Positions 52,507 through 63,910 of a DNA stretch of 64,000 bases are shown piece by piece. A program made the translations under genes and the position numbers. A model generated the notes under the pieces. That model worked only from the letters and a program-made list of their open reading frames with translations, made no database searches and was not told the origin of the DNA. The stretch comes from a virus: positions 1-64,000 of IMG/VR virus record IMGVR_UViG_3300011271_000003; one strand, written 5' to 3'. Every line of letters starts with the position of its first letter. The first letter of the stretch is position 1.

Positions 52507-52875
52507 CTATACACACCTACATGGAGAATAGCCGCATGCTTGGCACGGAGCCTTTTGCCCGTTAGCTTTTGCTGATGATATTCGGCTACACGCTCCGCAT
52601 CCGCCGTCTGAGCGACGACCAAAGCGCCTAGTATCATGCCCTCTAGGACATACTTGGTGGTCATACAGCATATGACACCGATGACAAAGTGTCACAAAGG
52701 TACTTCGTGTGCCATGAACGTAAGCCCAGTCCTCTGCCCTACTCTGACATCCGCCCTCGCACAGCTGGAGGTACGCCTGTCCGTACCGTGATCGAAGCAC
52801 GTAGTGCAGCTCGTTGTACGATTTCCTGGATACCTTAAACGACACGCATTCGTGACTAGCAAGGGTGACCTGCAC
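52507..52875 (-). CDS. Cys-rich HNH-like protein, paralog of 46680-47093
   Basis: Shared QLCEGGCQSRA block; AGGAG RBS before GTG. Confidence 0.55.
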   Translation of the reverse strand: MQVTLASHECVSFKVSRKSYNELHYVLRSRYGQAYLQLCEGGCQSRAEDWAYVHGTRSTFVTLCHRCHMLYDHQVCPRGHDTRRFGRRSDGGCGACSRISSAKANGQKAPCQACGYSPCRCV

Positions 52876-52943
52876 TTTGCTCCTAAGGCTTTTAATCAGG
52901 TTTCTTGTAGCACCTCTTGTATCACTTGGTAACACACAACTCG

Positions 52944-53789
52944 TCAGCACCCGCTGATATTATGGAACTGGGTAAGGGCATCGGTTGTCACCTGGTTCGG
53001 GTGAACGAACAGCGCGATCGTGAATGCCGCCGTCGTATCTGGGGTCCAGATGTCCACGGTTACGCCAGCCGCCTGGAATGCCCTCACCTGGAATCCCGTG
53101 AGGTAGCCCGTAGCCGCATCCACCTGGGACGAGCCGCCCGCTCCTGCTGCTGTCAGTGGCCAGAACGGGGCGACTAGCAGGTGCGTGCGCTCGCCCGGGT
53201 AGGCCTTGCGCACAGCCGCTAGGCCGGTGACCGAGGTACCGGATACGGTAGTGAACGTGCTGGCCGCAGCCGCCTTCATGACCGCAATGTACGCCGCGAA
53301 CTCAGCCGCCGTCCAGCTAGATGATTCCTCGACCTCGACCTTCTCTCCGAGGGTCTTGGCTCGCGCCAGGTATGCTGTCAGCGTCGGTAGGTGTTCGTAG
53401 GTCAGTCCTGAGGGCGGCGTTGTCGAAGTGCCAGGTACCAGGTAAAGCCGCTGAGCCGTTAGTTGTGTAACGGTGTAGTTTTGTGGCGGTCCAGTCAGGT
53501 TGGTAAAGTACTGAAGTGCTGCGCCGTGCATAATGATCGGTACAGGTGACTGGCCTCCACCTGACATGTTGACGTCGGTCTCTACCCACGTCGCTTTGCC
53601 GTTCACTGAAGCCGCTGTGATCGCGCCAAGACTGTTCTCAGGTAGTCCCCAATACGGGTAGTGAAACCCCATATGCGCTACTAGAGTCGGACAAGTTGCT
53701 GTCGCAGCTTGAACGCCTCCTGGAGGAGGAGGCAGGAGTACAGCTATGGCAGCGAGTGCTGCAATTCCGAAATACTTATGAATCTTCAT
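52944..53789 (-). CDS. Secreted glycerophosphodiester phosphodiesterase-family protein
   Basis: Signal peptide; VAHMG, PENSL.A, VETDV, IIMH, WTPD and TTD motifs. Confidence 0.75.
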   Translation of the reverse strand: MKIHKYFGIAALAAIAVLLPPPPGGVQAATATCPTLVAHMGFHYPYWGLPENSLGAITAASVNGKATWVETDVNMSGGGQSPVPIIMHGAALQYFTNLTGPPQNYTVTQLTAQRLYLVPGTSTTPPSGLTYEHLPTLTAYLARAKTLGEKVEVEESSSWTAAEFAAYIAVMKAAAASTFTTVSGTSVTGLAAVRKAYPGERTHLLVAPFWPLTAAGAGGSSQVDAATGYLTGFQVRAFQAAGVTVDIWTPDTTAAFTIALFVHPNQVTTDALTQFHNISGC

Positions 53790-54231
53790 GTCTCTCACCT
53801 ATAGGTTCCCAGGCCATAGCCCTCTGCAGATCGGTAACTGGGTAGTCACCGCTGTCCATCCAAGCCAGGAGGTCCTCCCACCTGTACCCCTTCGGGCTCT
53901 TTGGTCCAGTGGTGTACCAGAGGCCGTTAACTCTGACAGCAGCATAGCTGTAGGTCGTGTCCTGAAGAGCAGCTAGGGTTGCAGCGAGAGGACTCTGCGG
54001 ACTGCCCCAGGACTTGGTGAACCTGATTACCGTTCCATCTACGGAGTCTGGTCCGTAGCGCTTCTCTCGCTCCTTGTGCCTTGCCAGCACCTCGCCAGCC
54101 TGTGCGATGATTGCTTCGGCTGCCTCTTTCGACATCACCACTTCAAATTCTCCTTCTACTTCGGTTGGGCCTTGTATGTACGGTCTACAAGCGCCACAGT
54201 TGGCTTTGTGAAACTCCACGTCTGACGTAAG

Positions 54232-54263
54232 CGCGACTGACGCGACTGACGCGACTGACGCGA
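54232..54263. repeat. 9-bp tandem repeat CGCGACTGA x3.5 (ASV repeats in ORF 53776-54456)
   Basis: Seen directly. Confidence 0.85.
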
Positions 54264-54843
54264 GGCCGTGCGGGAAGCACTTAACGCACAGACGTTCATC
54301 TGACGGTGGCTGCGCGTACTGCTTGAGCCACTGCATGTAGATTCGGGTATTACAGGGAGGGATGGTGGAGGCACTGCCTACCAAGTAGGCCAAGTGCCAC
54401 TTAGGTGAGACTTGGCTGCTGACTGGTGTCGACCTAACGTAGATCACTAGCGCCACCGGAAGTAGGCTGTAGCTGCTAGTACGGTCATTAGTGGTTCCCG
54501 TCGTGAGAGTGGTTTTCCTCTGCCTTTCGCCGAAGTGCGTCCCCTAGGTGGTCGATCTCGATTTTAAGGTAGAGAAGCTCATCCTCCAGGTTTGAAATAC
54601 GCCTCTGAGTTTGTGGGTCGATATCGTGTGTGTGCTCTGGTGTTTCCATGCTGTCTCCTCACGCCTCCACGTCTCGTGTGCAAAACTCGATTGCTGACCG
54701 GAGTCCCTGCACCTCTGGCATCCGTACGATATGCGGCGACCCTTGTGCTAGGAGGTCTCCGTCTGTCTCTGCGAGATCGTCAATACAGAAACCAACGCAG
54801 ACCTTCAGAACCTCGAAGTTCTCGTCTGTCAGAGTGATCTGCT

Positions 54844-55554
54844 TCATATTACGCCCTTTCGTACTCTCTGAATATGTTTGCAAGTAGGTGGGATGGCTCT
54901 GGTATATTTATAGGCTAGACACGTGCATGACCAGAACTCGTCGTCGGTTCCCTTACCCCGCACCCGAATGGTGTACTTGCGCGTCGGATCGGTGTCTGAT
55001 GGTACCTGGAACTCTATCTGTTCGGTCTCCGTCGGCGGCTTGAGTACGTACTTCTGCCGGTCTACAGGCCTCAGCCAGGGAATACCTAGGAGGCTGTAGA
55101 CGCCGATCTCTGTGCCGTTGTCTACCTGCTTTCCACTTTGGTCAAACAAGCCATACTGGCTCAGCACTAGTCCTTGCGTAGCCGCTAGGGCCCGCTGTTG
55201 AATGTTAAGTGCTTTGGGGCCGCACAGAAACATCGCGAAGGCGCCTCTTTGTTGTAGCGTGCAGCTCCAGAAGTCTACGTGGATTGAGTCTCCGTTTGCC
55301 GTCAGGTCTCCCTGTGCAATCTTTTCGCCACTACGCTGTGCGACGAAGCTACTAGGAAACTCAAAGTGCGCAAACGTTCCTGTTTCCGTTACAACCATTA
55401 CGTCGAGATCGCCTACATCTGGTGCTTGTCGCCTCCAACTACCACCAAGCATCCAGATAGCGCCCTCTGGCATCTCAGCCCTCAGAGCCTCTACAAAAGG
55501 CCGTGTCTCCTCTCTTGTTCGTCTGATCTTACTACTTCTCCACGGCCTACTCAT
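54844..55554 (-). CDS. Minimal X-family DNA polymerase with C-terminal SWIM zinc finger
   Basis: GSWRR...GDLDVM, CGPK..N..R..A..G..LSQYGLF, LG.PW..P..R; CTC...CKH. Confidence 0.8.
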   Translation of the reverse strand: MSRPWRSSKIRRTREETRPFVEALRAEMPEGAIWMLGGSWRRQAPDVGDLDVMVVTETGTFAHFEFPSSFVAQRSGEKIAQGDLTANGDSIHVDFWSCTLQQRGAFAMFLCGPKALNIQQRALAATQGLVLSQYGLFDQSGKQVDNGTEIGVYSLLGIPWLRPVDRQKYVLKPPTETEQIEFQVPSDTDPTRKYTIRVRGKGTDDEFWSCTCLAYKYTRAIPPTCKHIQRVRKGVI

Positions 55555-56086
55555 CTATCTCTCCAGGGAAGTTGAGAGGACCTTTGTACTCAGGTCCAAA
55601 GGTCTCCATCGCCCACTTATCGTGGGCCCTTGCAGCATCCTCCTCGATTGCGTGGTTTCCTAGGAAGTAAGTGCGCCCTCCATGATAGCCCACTGCTCGC
55701 CATGACTTGTGCTCCTTAGTGTGGCATACGCCCTTGTACCTCGACGCCTTGCTCGAGGTGGTTGTGCGTGTAACTGCCTGTATAGGCCTTCTGTTCTTCA
55801 ACTGGTCTGCATAGGACGCGTACTCTACGTTTCCTCGTTCGTAGTTGCCCTCGTTGTCTGCTCTCTCAAACGTTAGACCTTCCGGCCTTGGTCCCAGCGT
55901 CGTGCTGATGTCAACGACGAACGTGTCGAAGTCGTGCCATTGGTCGCAGACTATAATTCCACGGCCGCCGTAGTTTTTGTACGCTGGGCACTTTGCATTA
56001 TAGCACCTGTACATCATACTGTACCACATACGGTAGTATGGGTTTGTGCTGTGCCGTTCGAAGTCAGAGTCGTAAAAGTTCTTCAT
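55547..56086 (-). mobile_element. HNH-like/AP2-domain endonuclease
   Basis: W..M..RC.N...YKNYGGRGI.VC..W; SRYKGV...FLG...EEDAARAHD. Confidence 0.8.
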
Positions 56087-56105
56087 AAGTCTCCTCGCAG
56101 GTCCC

Positions 56106-57011
56106 TCACAGGTCGATTGGATCCCTCCAGCCAAGGAAGGACGGGTGACGTGGCACGCCGGTGCTTTCAAGCATACCGTGCGGGAGGTACCTGAACTTAA
56201 CGATCTTCCCGGGTAGCTTGTCGCGGTATACCCAAAGAGCTCTACGCTGGGCAAGGTCGAACCCCGTGCCGATCTTGAACCGGATGGTACTTACCCCGTC
56301 GCCTTCCATGAGGTTGACGACTAGTGCTCCCAGCACTCCTCCGGCGCGCTGTCCTGCCTGGTGGCTTGTGTGCTTCGTATGTCCCTGCACGTCCGTGAAG
56401 GCTTCATTCTCGTTACGCATCAATTCTTCGAAGCCGATTACGATTGCCTCAGCGTCGTCGTATCGCTTGAGCTTCAGAAGGTATCCCTCCTTAGCTGTCG
56501 AGCGTCCTTGCTTGTACTGCGCGGAGGGGCTCCGTACGATAATGCCCTCGTAACCCTCGCTGACGTACTTCTCTTCCCAGTGCTCGACCTCCTCCTGGTT
56601 CTGACACAAAGTTTGCGGGAGAACCTCTACCCACGGAGGCAGCACTGCCTTAAGCTTCTGCAGTGTTTCGAGCCTCAGCGTGTAGGGCGACCTCTGGCTT
56701 CCTAGGTGGTCAAACACCAGGTATCGCAGGTTCGGCACCCCAGTCTGGCTCATGATCCCAGACATCGTTCTGTTGTACACCTCTGGAGCTGAAGGGGGCC
56801 CCACCACGATCTCCCCGTCGAGAAGCTCCAGTACGTTTCCTGCCTCCTGTACGCAGAGCCTGAGATGTCTGTTCGGTAGCTCCTTCGCTGTTCTGGACAT
56901 CGGTCGGCCATGCTCGATGACACACCTGATACCATCGATCTTCGGCGACACGAAGACAGGGTACACCAGCTTGCTGAAGTCTATTTTGCCTGACAGCATT
57001 GGCTTAATCAT
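56106..57011 (-). CDS. ATP-dependent DNA ligase
   Basis: SPKIDGIR, LDGEI, VFD, GYEGIIVR, LLKLKR, IGTGF, PRHPSF. Confidence 0.95.
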   Translation of the reverse strand: MIKPMLSGKIDFSKLVYPVFVSPKIDGIRCVIEHGRPMSRTAKELPNRHLRLCVQEAGNVLELLDGEIVVGPPSAPEVYNRTMSGIMSQTGVPNLRYLVFDHLGSQRSPYTLRLETLQKLKAVLPPWVEVLPQTLCQNQEEVEHWEEKYVSEGYEGIIVRSPSAQYKQGRSTAKEGYLLKLKRYDDAEAIVIGFEELMRNENEAFTDVQGHTKHTSHQAGQRAGGVLGALVVNLMEGDGVSTIRFKIGTGFDLAQRRALWVYRDKLPGKIVKFRYLPHGMLESTGVPRHPSFLGWRDPIDL

Positions 57012-57358
57012 CAGTATTCACCCCAGATTCGGATATCTAGATGGAGTACGCCGTTGTTCTTGAGGACGACGCCTATGCGAAACTCGCCTCCGTGTACCGT
57101 AGCTGGGTACGGTGTGCTCATGTACGCCTTGTGGCCGTACGAGTCCCTCGACTCCTCCCAGCCGAGCTTGAGAAGCTTCTGAATGATCTTTTCGGGAGTC
57201 TCCTCGGCCGTGGCATCGTCGTACGCTGGCGCGCTGCGCACTCCACCGTCGGAGTCGCTCCCGGTTAGAACACCGAGCACGTCGGACAGGAAGTCTAGGA
57301 CTTCCTGGTTTAGCACGAGGTCTGCGCCCTTGAAGGGCTTCAAGCTGTCGTCGCTCAT
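57011..57358 (-). CDS. Hypothetical protein, possible PC4-like ssDNA-binding fold
   Basis: C-terminal FRIGV..NNG..HLDIRIW. Confidence 0.4.
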   Translation of the reverse strand: MSDDSLKPFKGADLVLNQEVLDFLSDVLGVLTGSDSDGGVRSAPAYDDATAEETPEKIIQKLLKLGWEESRDSYGHKAYMSTPYPATVHGGEFRIGVVLKNNGVLHLDIRIWGEY

Positions 57359-58188
57359 CAGGTTCTACCTCTCTCTGAACGAGCGTTTTGGAAGAGTCCG
57401 TTTGCCGGCTCTTGAAACGGTACGTCGAATCCCGCCTCTCGAAATGAGGCTTGCTGAACTTTGGCCTCGTCCTGCCTGATCACTGTCTCCCAGCAGTAGT
57501 CGCATGCGCCCCCACGACGTCTACGGTTGGAGTGATCGCGTGCGTCGCACATAGTTTTCGCCTTGCGCGATAGAAAGTGCTTCTCAGTGAAGTGGTCCGG
57601 CTCCCACCCCACGTCGGAGGGCTTGTAGCCCGACTGCACTCGTACTCTCGCTCGCTTCTTACGAACTGCCTGGCGTGCTCTCTCGACGGAGACCTGCCCT
57701 TTCCTGACTCGGTCTTGAGTTGCCTCGTTCAGCTCGAGGAGTGCGAGGGAGTTGCTCACCGTCGACTCAGATACGCCTACCGTCTTCGCTATAACCTTGA
57801 GCGACATGCGCATCTCTGTGCGAAGTCTGCCGTAGGCTTTGGCTCTCTCGATCGGGTTCAGATCAGCCCGGTGAATACTCGTGACCAAGCCAATGACGAG
57901 AACGCGCTTAACTGAGTCCTCAGTTAGTCCTAGGAGGTAGACCCTGCACGGCACCTCTGACTGAGAGAGCTTTGCTGCTGTCCACCGTCGTAGTCCGTCC
58001 TCGATAACGTAGTGGCCATCGCCTCGAGTAGAAGACGGTCGAACACTCAGCGCCTGAAGGATTCCCACCTCCCGGATCGAGGCAGCTAGCTCGGTGACGT
58101 CCCCCGCCTCAAACCGCGGATTGTCCGAGTTGGGGTGTAGGTTCTCTATCGGAACCATAATCTCGCCCTCGATGTAGCCTGATGTCAT
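57358..58188 (-). CDS. ParB/Spo0J-like protein
   Basis: LHPN.DNPR, ELAASIREVGILQ, G.RRW.AA, RADLNPIE.A, HTH. Confidence 0.85.
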   Translation of the reverse strand: MTSGYIEGEIMVPIENLHPNSDNPRFEAGDVTELAASIREVGILQALSVRPSSTRGDGHYVIEDGLRRWTAAKLSQSEVPCRVYLLGLTEDSVKRVLVIGLVTSIHRADLNPIERAKAYGRLRTEMRMSLKVIAKTVGVSESTVSNSLALLELNEATQDRVRKGQVSVERARQAVRKKRARVRVQSGYKPSDVGWEPDHFTEKHFLSRKAKTMCDARDHSNRRRRGGACDYCWETVIRQDEAKVQQASFREAGFDVPFQEPANGLFQNARSERGRT

Positions 58189-58668
58189 TAGCCTGACTCC
58201 TTTCTGTTCTGGATGAACCTGGTGAACATGTCCAACGCCTCGATTGCATCCTCCTCCCCCGAGTATTGCTGTCCCTTCCAGATAGGCGCATCGCTCCACT
58301 TCCAGGGCATCTCTGCGATACCTGCAGATGCTAGCGACTCCACTATCTGGAGTGCTTTAAGCTCATCCACTCTGATGGTCTCCCTTGTCGGTAATGCTAA
58401 ACGTTGGTCCGAGCCAGCCGTCGGCGTAGTTCACGTAGAACCTGGAAGTCCTAGCCTCGGCGTCACTCTCTACGTCGCCCACTTCTGGTCCGTTACTAAG
58501 CGTGAGCGCCTGCCATGCAACAAGGCGTAGGTCATTCCGATCGTATCCATACAGTATGTCGAGCACGTCCTGCAATGTAGCTGCCCGAGCATCCTGATAC
58601 TCCTCGTTCTCACATCGGTCATCAGGCAATGTTCGACCTCCTCGACGCTAGTTTTATCTGCTACTTAT

Positions 58669-58698
58669 ATTATATCTGGGGTCTAGAGGAAATTGCAA
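58669..58698 (-). promoter_or_regulatory. Sigma70/HrdB-type promoter TTGCAA-N18-TATAAT
   Basis: Consensus -10 with AT-rich upstream sequence in an intergenic gap. Confidence 0.75.
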
Positions 58699-59804
58699 GG
58701 GATAATGAAAAGATTTTAAAGGACCTTTGGCACCTCCTACTCTGACAGCCAGACTCGGAAATCAGGCGTAAGCACCCGATCTAGGTTCGGCGCTAGGCTT
58801 CGTAGCCCTGAAGGCACACGGGCTCCACTGAGTAGGATCAGCGCATCACCCTGACTATAGCCTTGGTCTAGGAGCAGCTCGTGAATTTCAGCTACAATCT
58901 GCTCCTCAGGCGTATAGGCCCAACTCCGGTCACTAATGCGAGGCATGTTCCCTCCCTATCTTAAATGGCATGTCGTCTAAAGCGGGAAGGTCCATGCGTC
59001 CTCCGCCCTGTGGACTTGCAGTCCAACGCGAGTCCGGAACCTGACACGAGATCCACAGGGCGTTGTTTGGCAGCCTCGATTCGCGCTTTCTGAACCGCGG
59101 GGTGGATCGACGTTGCTACTAGAGCTCTGGTCTTGATAGCATCGAAGGTGTCATTGTGGAAGTAGACTCTACCATCTGTCTCGAGTAGCAAAACGGGATC
59201 TCCGTCCTCGCAGTACCAGCTTCCGTCGTAGTGCTTGGTCATAACGTATCGCATTTCTCCTCCAGAATTACGATCCATGATGCGAGGCAGGCCTCGTCGA
59301 TCTTGTCGGAGGCGTCTACTAGCTTGGCTATTCTGTCTCGGTATGGCAGGAGCCAGTTTTCTGGGTTCGATGCAGCGCCTGAAGCTACATACAGTACGGC
59401 ATCTTCCCCGGCTTCTTCTGCTCTCTGTGTGGCGTCATGCCTTGCCAGCCACTCCAGTTGGCTTATTGCCACTCGATGTGTCCGTTTTTCGTCTTGTGCC
59501 CTTGAGCACAACCACTGAAGCTGATCTAGTACGCCATCCGAGTCTTCATCAGGGTGGAAGAGTACGTCGCACGAATGGTACACACAGCGAATACGCACTT
59601 GTGCCTGACCGTACGGCACTTCGAACGTCATTCGACGCCCTTGTTGTCATAGTAGCCGTCGACTTCTTCACACGTTGCTGCGTGTGAGAAGCCGTGTGCG
59701 TCACAGTAGAGGTCCTCTGCACTAGCTGGTTGATCCCACCCAAGTGGCTCATTCGCCTCATTGTAGTACACTTCTGAGCCTGCTGGTGGAAACATACTGC
59801 CTCC

Positions 59805-60149
59805 TTATCTGTTGATGCAGTGCTGAGGGAGCGTCACCGGCGTTTGACTGGGTGTCGCACTGATAGTAGTTCCGTCGTTGTTCAGAGAGACGCTATACAG
59901 GATCTGTAGGCCGAGGTTCTGAAGGTCCTGGCAGGTAATCAGGTCTGCTGCTGCCCCGCTGCTCTTACCTTTGAGCAGGCCAACGTCTGCTCGCAGTACT
60001 GTAACCTGACTAGTGAGGTCGTGGTTCTGTCTTGTCAGCCGATTTACGCTATCGTTTGCGTGGTCGCTGTTGATCGCGAGGACAACAACTGCGCTTGAGA
60101 GCAGTCCTCCAACAAGAACGATGCCAAGGTCTTGCCAATTGCCTCTCAC
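59805..60149 (-). CDS. Membrane-anchored coiled-coil protein
   Basis: N-terminal hydrophobic helix followed by heptad repeats. Confidence 0.5.
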   Translation of the reverse strand: MRGNWQDLGIVLVGGLLSSAVVVLAINSDHANDSVNRLTRQNHDLTSQVTVLRADVGLLKGKSSGAAADLITCQDLQNLGLQILYSVSLNNDGTTISATPSQTPVTLPQHCINR

Positions 60150-60355
60150 GGCTGCAGGTCCTGATAAGGATGTTTGTCCTCGTCTGCTTTGTCCATCTTG
60201 TCGAGCAGGTCGACAATCGCCTGGTCGATGATTACGCCTACTGACGTGTCGTCCATGATAGCGCGTATCTTCAGACGCTTCTTGGTCGCAACCGTTACTC
60301 GCACCCCGTTCAGGTAGACTAGGGGTGCGTGCTCTGCTTCTTTTTCTTCGGCCAT
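60146..60355 (-). CDS. Ribbon-helix-helix-like protein
   Basis: VRVT..TKKRLK..A.....SV..II..AI..LL pattern. Confidence 0.55.
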   Translation of the reverse strand: MAEEKEAEHAPLVYLNGVRVTVATKKRLKIRAIMDDTSVGVIIDQAIVDLLDKMDKADEDKHPYQDLQP

Positions 60356-60417
60356 TTGCCTTCTCCCTTCCGCCCCGCTGCCAGGCTTCTGAGACTGGCA
60401 GGGAGGCGCAGCGGAGA

Positions 60418-60633
60418 CTAGCTTGCCTGGGCTTCTGCTTCTACTTCTGCTTCTACTTCCATCTCAGCTTCGGCTCTGATGCCCCGCTTGATAAGTGCTA
60501 TGCCAAGCATGAATGCTTGTGTCTGGAGAGTGCTCATGCTGATGCCTCTCTGCGCAGCGAGGATCTTGGCCTCTCTCCGTAGGCTCTCGGGCACGACCGT
60601 GTTCATCTGGACGGTCTTCTCATCGGTTGCCAT
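60418..60633 (-). CDS. Ribbon-helix-helix-like protein
   Basis: MNTVVPESLRREAKILAAQRGISMS.L pattern. Confidence 0.6.
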   Translation of the reverse strand: MATDEKTVQMNTVVPESLRREAKILAAQRGISMSTLQTQAFMLGIALIKRGIRAEAEMEVEAEVEAEAQAS

Positions 60634-60660
60634 CGTTCACCTCCTCTACTGTAGGCACTA

Positions 60661-63600
60661 TTAGCTCCTAAAGGGAGGAGGTAGCGACGTGCCATCCATA
60701 CGTACTAGGCGGTCTATCGCGGCTTGTTTCATGTCTAGATCGTGTCCCGTTCTAGGGTTCATGTCCGTTACGGTTTGTCTGATCCAACCTAGGATGCAGT
60801 CTGGACATGTTGGACATGTTGGGTCAGTGCAGTAGTCGTGCTTGTTCTCTTCAGGCGTCATTTGCCAGTCCCTCCAGGTTGTCTGGTGCCTTGTACCGTG
60901 GGTCAGGTATGAACTGGTCCCCGAGCTTCTTGCCGACTGACATTAGTATGTCTGCCATCTTGGCGAAGTCCCGAGCTGAGTCAAGAGTCGCTAGGCTATC
61001 CGCTAGTACGTCTGACTGTGCCATGAGGTCGTCGATCATCCTCTGTACAGCCTGGACGAGTGCTGAGTATTCAGTAGGGGTAAAAAGCTCAACGTTCGTC
61101 CTTCGTGTGAGGTGGCGACTTCCCAGGTCGGTCAGGTAAGCCTTAAGCTGCTTCGCGTACATAGCGTCGTCTGTAGGATCGTCGACGCGGATGATAAGAT
61201 GGAATTCGGGCACTGTGCTAGCTCCAGAATATTCGAGGTGGCGCGATACCTAGGTGGTCCATCTGAATTTCGGTGTTGCCCAGGCAACGTACTTCGTAGG
61301 CGATCGAGCTTCCGTCTGCTGCTTGCCAAAGGTAGCCTGGCACGACCTGTGCGAGTTCACCCTTGTCAAAAGCAAGACACCACTCGTCGGAATCGCAGTG
61401 TCCTGGCTGTCTATAGCCTGAGTCGCGACGGGCTGCTTCTGCTAGGACGAACGCTGCCTCTGCATCATTGGCCTCGACAATTTGGTGCCAAGCGATTGTT
61501 TCGCTGTCACCGTAGGGCGCCATTGTATGTTCTTCGATAAGCCAGAACTGACTCACTTGCTTCCTTCCGGAAGGATTGGTTCGTACTCTCTCAGCTCAAG
61601 TCCTAGAATCTGATGCCAAGGAATGAGGTGCTTGCCCTTACTGCTCTTTTCCTGCCACCAAAGGCCGTAGGGCAAATATTTCCACCTGTACTTCCTTGTA
61701 GACAGGAGGAAGTCGAGCGTGCCTCCGTCCATGAACTTGATAGTTAGTACTGACTCCTTCGGTTGCACTGTCAACTTCGCACCTTTCTTAGGCTGGGTTG
61801 CGGTGCTTCGACGTGTAGTTGCTACACGACATTTCTGCGCAGCGGCCCGTGTCGTAATACTCCTCGTGCTCGCATGGCCTATCAGGCCTAGAGTTGTTGT
61901 ACTTGGTTACTGCCCTGGTCGCGATCTGTCGGAAGCTCTCCTTGACTGCGTCACGGAGATCGTCCCACTCCACCACGAAGGAAACCTGGGCTGGGAAAAT
62001 CTCCCGGAAGGCCTCGTAGACTTCGTGGCCGGCTTCTTCTGTACGGTCTTTCTCGATCATGACTTCTCCGCAATTATGCCTAGGATAGCTAGCGGTACTA
62101 GAACCGTTGCCCAGTTCCATTGTGAGCAGAGCCAGTAGAAGAGGGAGAATGTGTAGACGTGTGTCATGCCTTGCCCCATTTTGCCGTAGATGCAGTGTTT
62201 TCGAGGTAGACGCCGAAGTCTCCTAGAATCAGCGATAGGTTTTGGACGTCCTCTTCCCAGTGGTCTGTCTGTTCTGGCCCCTCGGAGATGTACTCCTCAA
62301 GTGCCTCTGCTACGGCGCCCTTAAGCTTAGTTATGGCCCAGCCAACATGTGGCGGTACTTCTCCTGTTGTCATATAACTACCCTTCTTGCTGCCCAGTGA
62401 TTCTGACAGTCGTTGCTCTCTACGTAGAACGGACACTCCATGTAGCTCAGGTCGATCGCGAAGGTATCGTCTTCCTGGTCAAAGAAGATTGGCTCCCCTC
62501 CCAAGTTCCGCTCATGCCTGAAGCACCAGAATGCGAATACCCACCTGGTCCTAGACAAGTACTTGCGTCTGTCATACTTTGACCGAGCGTTTTTACATTG
62601 TTCGTCGATAGGTTCTCCTCGACGCTTGTGGGCCATGTATGCGGCTAGTGAGCCGCAGTCGTGCTGCTTCAGAGCGGACACTGGTCACTAAGCCTCCCAT
62701 ACATGTATTGGGCAGTTCGCCAGCTGCTTCCATATGTTCGCTTCAACATGCGCGGAACGTGGTAGGTGTGCATCAGGTTGCCTCGTGCAGTATGGCAGGG
62801 ATCTCCAGGCTGTGCACAGCAGTACTCACAATCGACTGCGCGTAGTTCCCTGTTGTGCTCCAGCTCGGACTGGAGTCTTTCCATTGCCACTGCGGTCATA
62901 GCCATTTTCTGGCCAAGCGTCATCTCAATGTTCGGCTCCACTGCTACCCCCTTACCAATCGTGTAGGCACAGTCCGCAGAACGGAACGTCCACTATCTGC
63001 GTCGCACGGGGTTGTTCGGCGGTCTTGACGACCTCGATGAACTGCTTCTGGGTTGCGTCGAATGTTAGCAGTGCGTTGAACGCGTCTATGACTTCCTGCA
63101 TCGTCTGGTAGACATGCTTGCACTCAAAGCACTGGTGGTACGCACCCGTCAGGAGTTCGTGGGTGTGGTGGATGTAGCAGTAGTTCACGTTCCACGTGCA
63201 CCCACCCGTAGGGCACACCCTGCCGAACTGGTGGACGTGTACGGGTTCTACGTACTCGTAGTTCTCCATATAGTTCCTCCTTTCAAAGCCCGGCTCAGGC
63301 CTTCCACGGTGGCGATCGTGTGGGTTGGCCACGCCTCCATACCTGAGCCGGACGTTCAACGGAGGTTACTCCTCGTAGAGGCCGCCTGCGTAAGGTGCAT
63401 CTGGTGGGTCCTTGGGTGTTGGAACGTTCCACTGCTCGTTGAAGGCGTCGGTGAGACCTTTGATGACATCCTGCAGGTCGCCAGGATCGAGGTACTTGAG
63501 TACGTCGACGATTTGCTGCGGCGACATTGCGAGATAGGCTACAGCCTCTGAGCCGTCGTCTCGCACTGTTACGATCTGCGTGACAGCGTCGATCGCTGCT

Positions 63601-63910
63601 GGTGTCTGCTCGGTCACCTGTACCTCCAGTTCTGCTCGAGATTCGTGTACAGTTCTCGGTCTGACTTGCTTACTGCGTTGCTGGACACTAGGTCAAGCAG
63701 CCTTAGGTACTGGTCGACTGTTACGTACGGAAGCCTAATGTTGTGTCCACCAGGTTCTGGCCGTTGCGCCTCCTCCCGGCTTGGCGTTGGTGCCGCCACA
63801 TCATAGTCCTTCTCAGCCTGACATAGGCTGCACGTATCATGACGGACGTTGTCGTGCATCTTATGTAGTTCGATAGGAGTAATATGGTCCACTTCCCTTT
63901 TTGGTGTCAT
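60661..63910 (-). other. Array of short tiled hypothetical genes (early region)
   Basis: Abutting 60-135-aa minus-strand ORFs, several with GGAG-type RBS; no recognisable motifs. Confidence 0.6.

Noticed and set aside
57358-58188. Plasmid-prophage partition system or integrase-based lysogeny
   Set aside because: A ParB-like gene is present, but no ParA, integrase or clear repressor is visible in this window.
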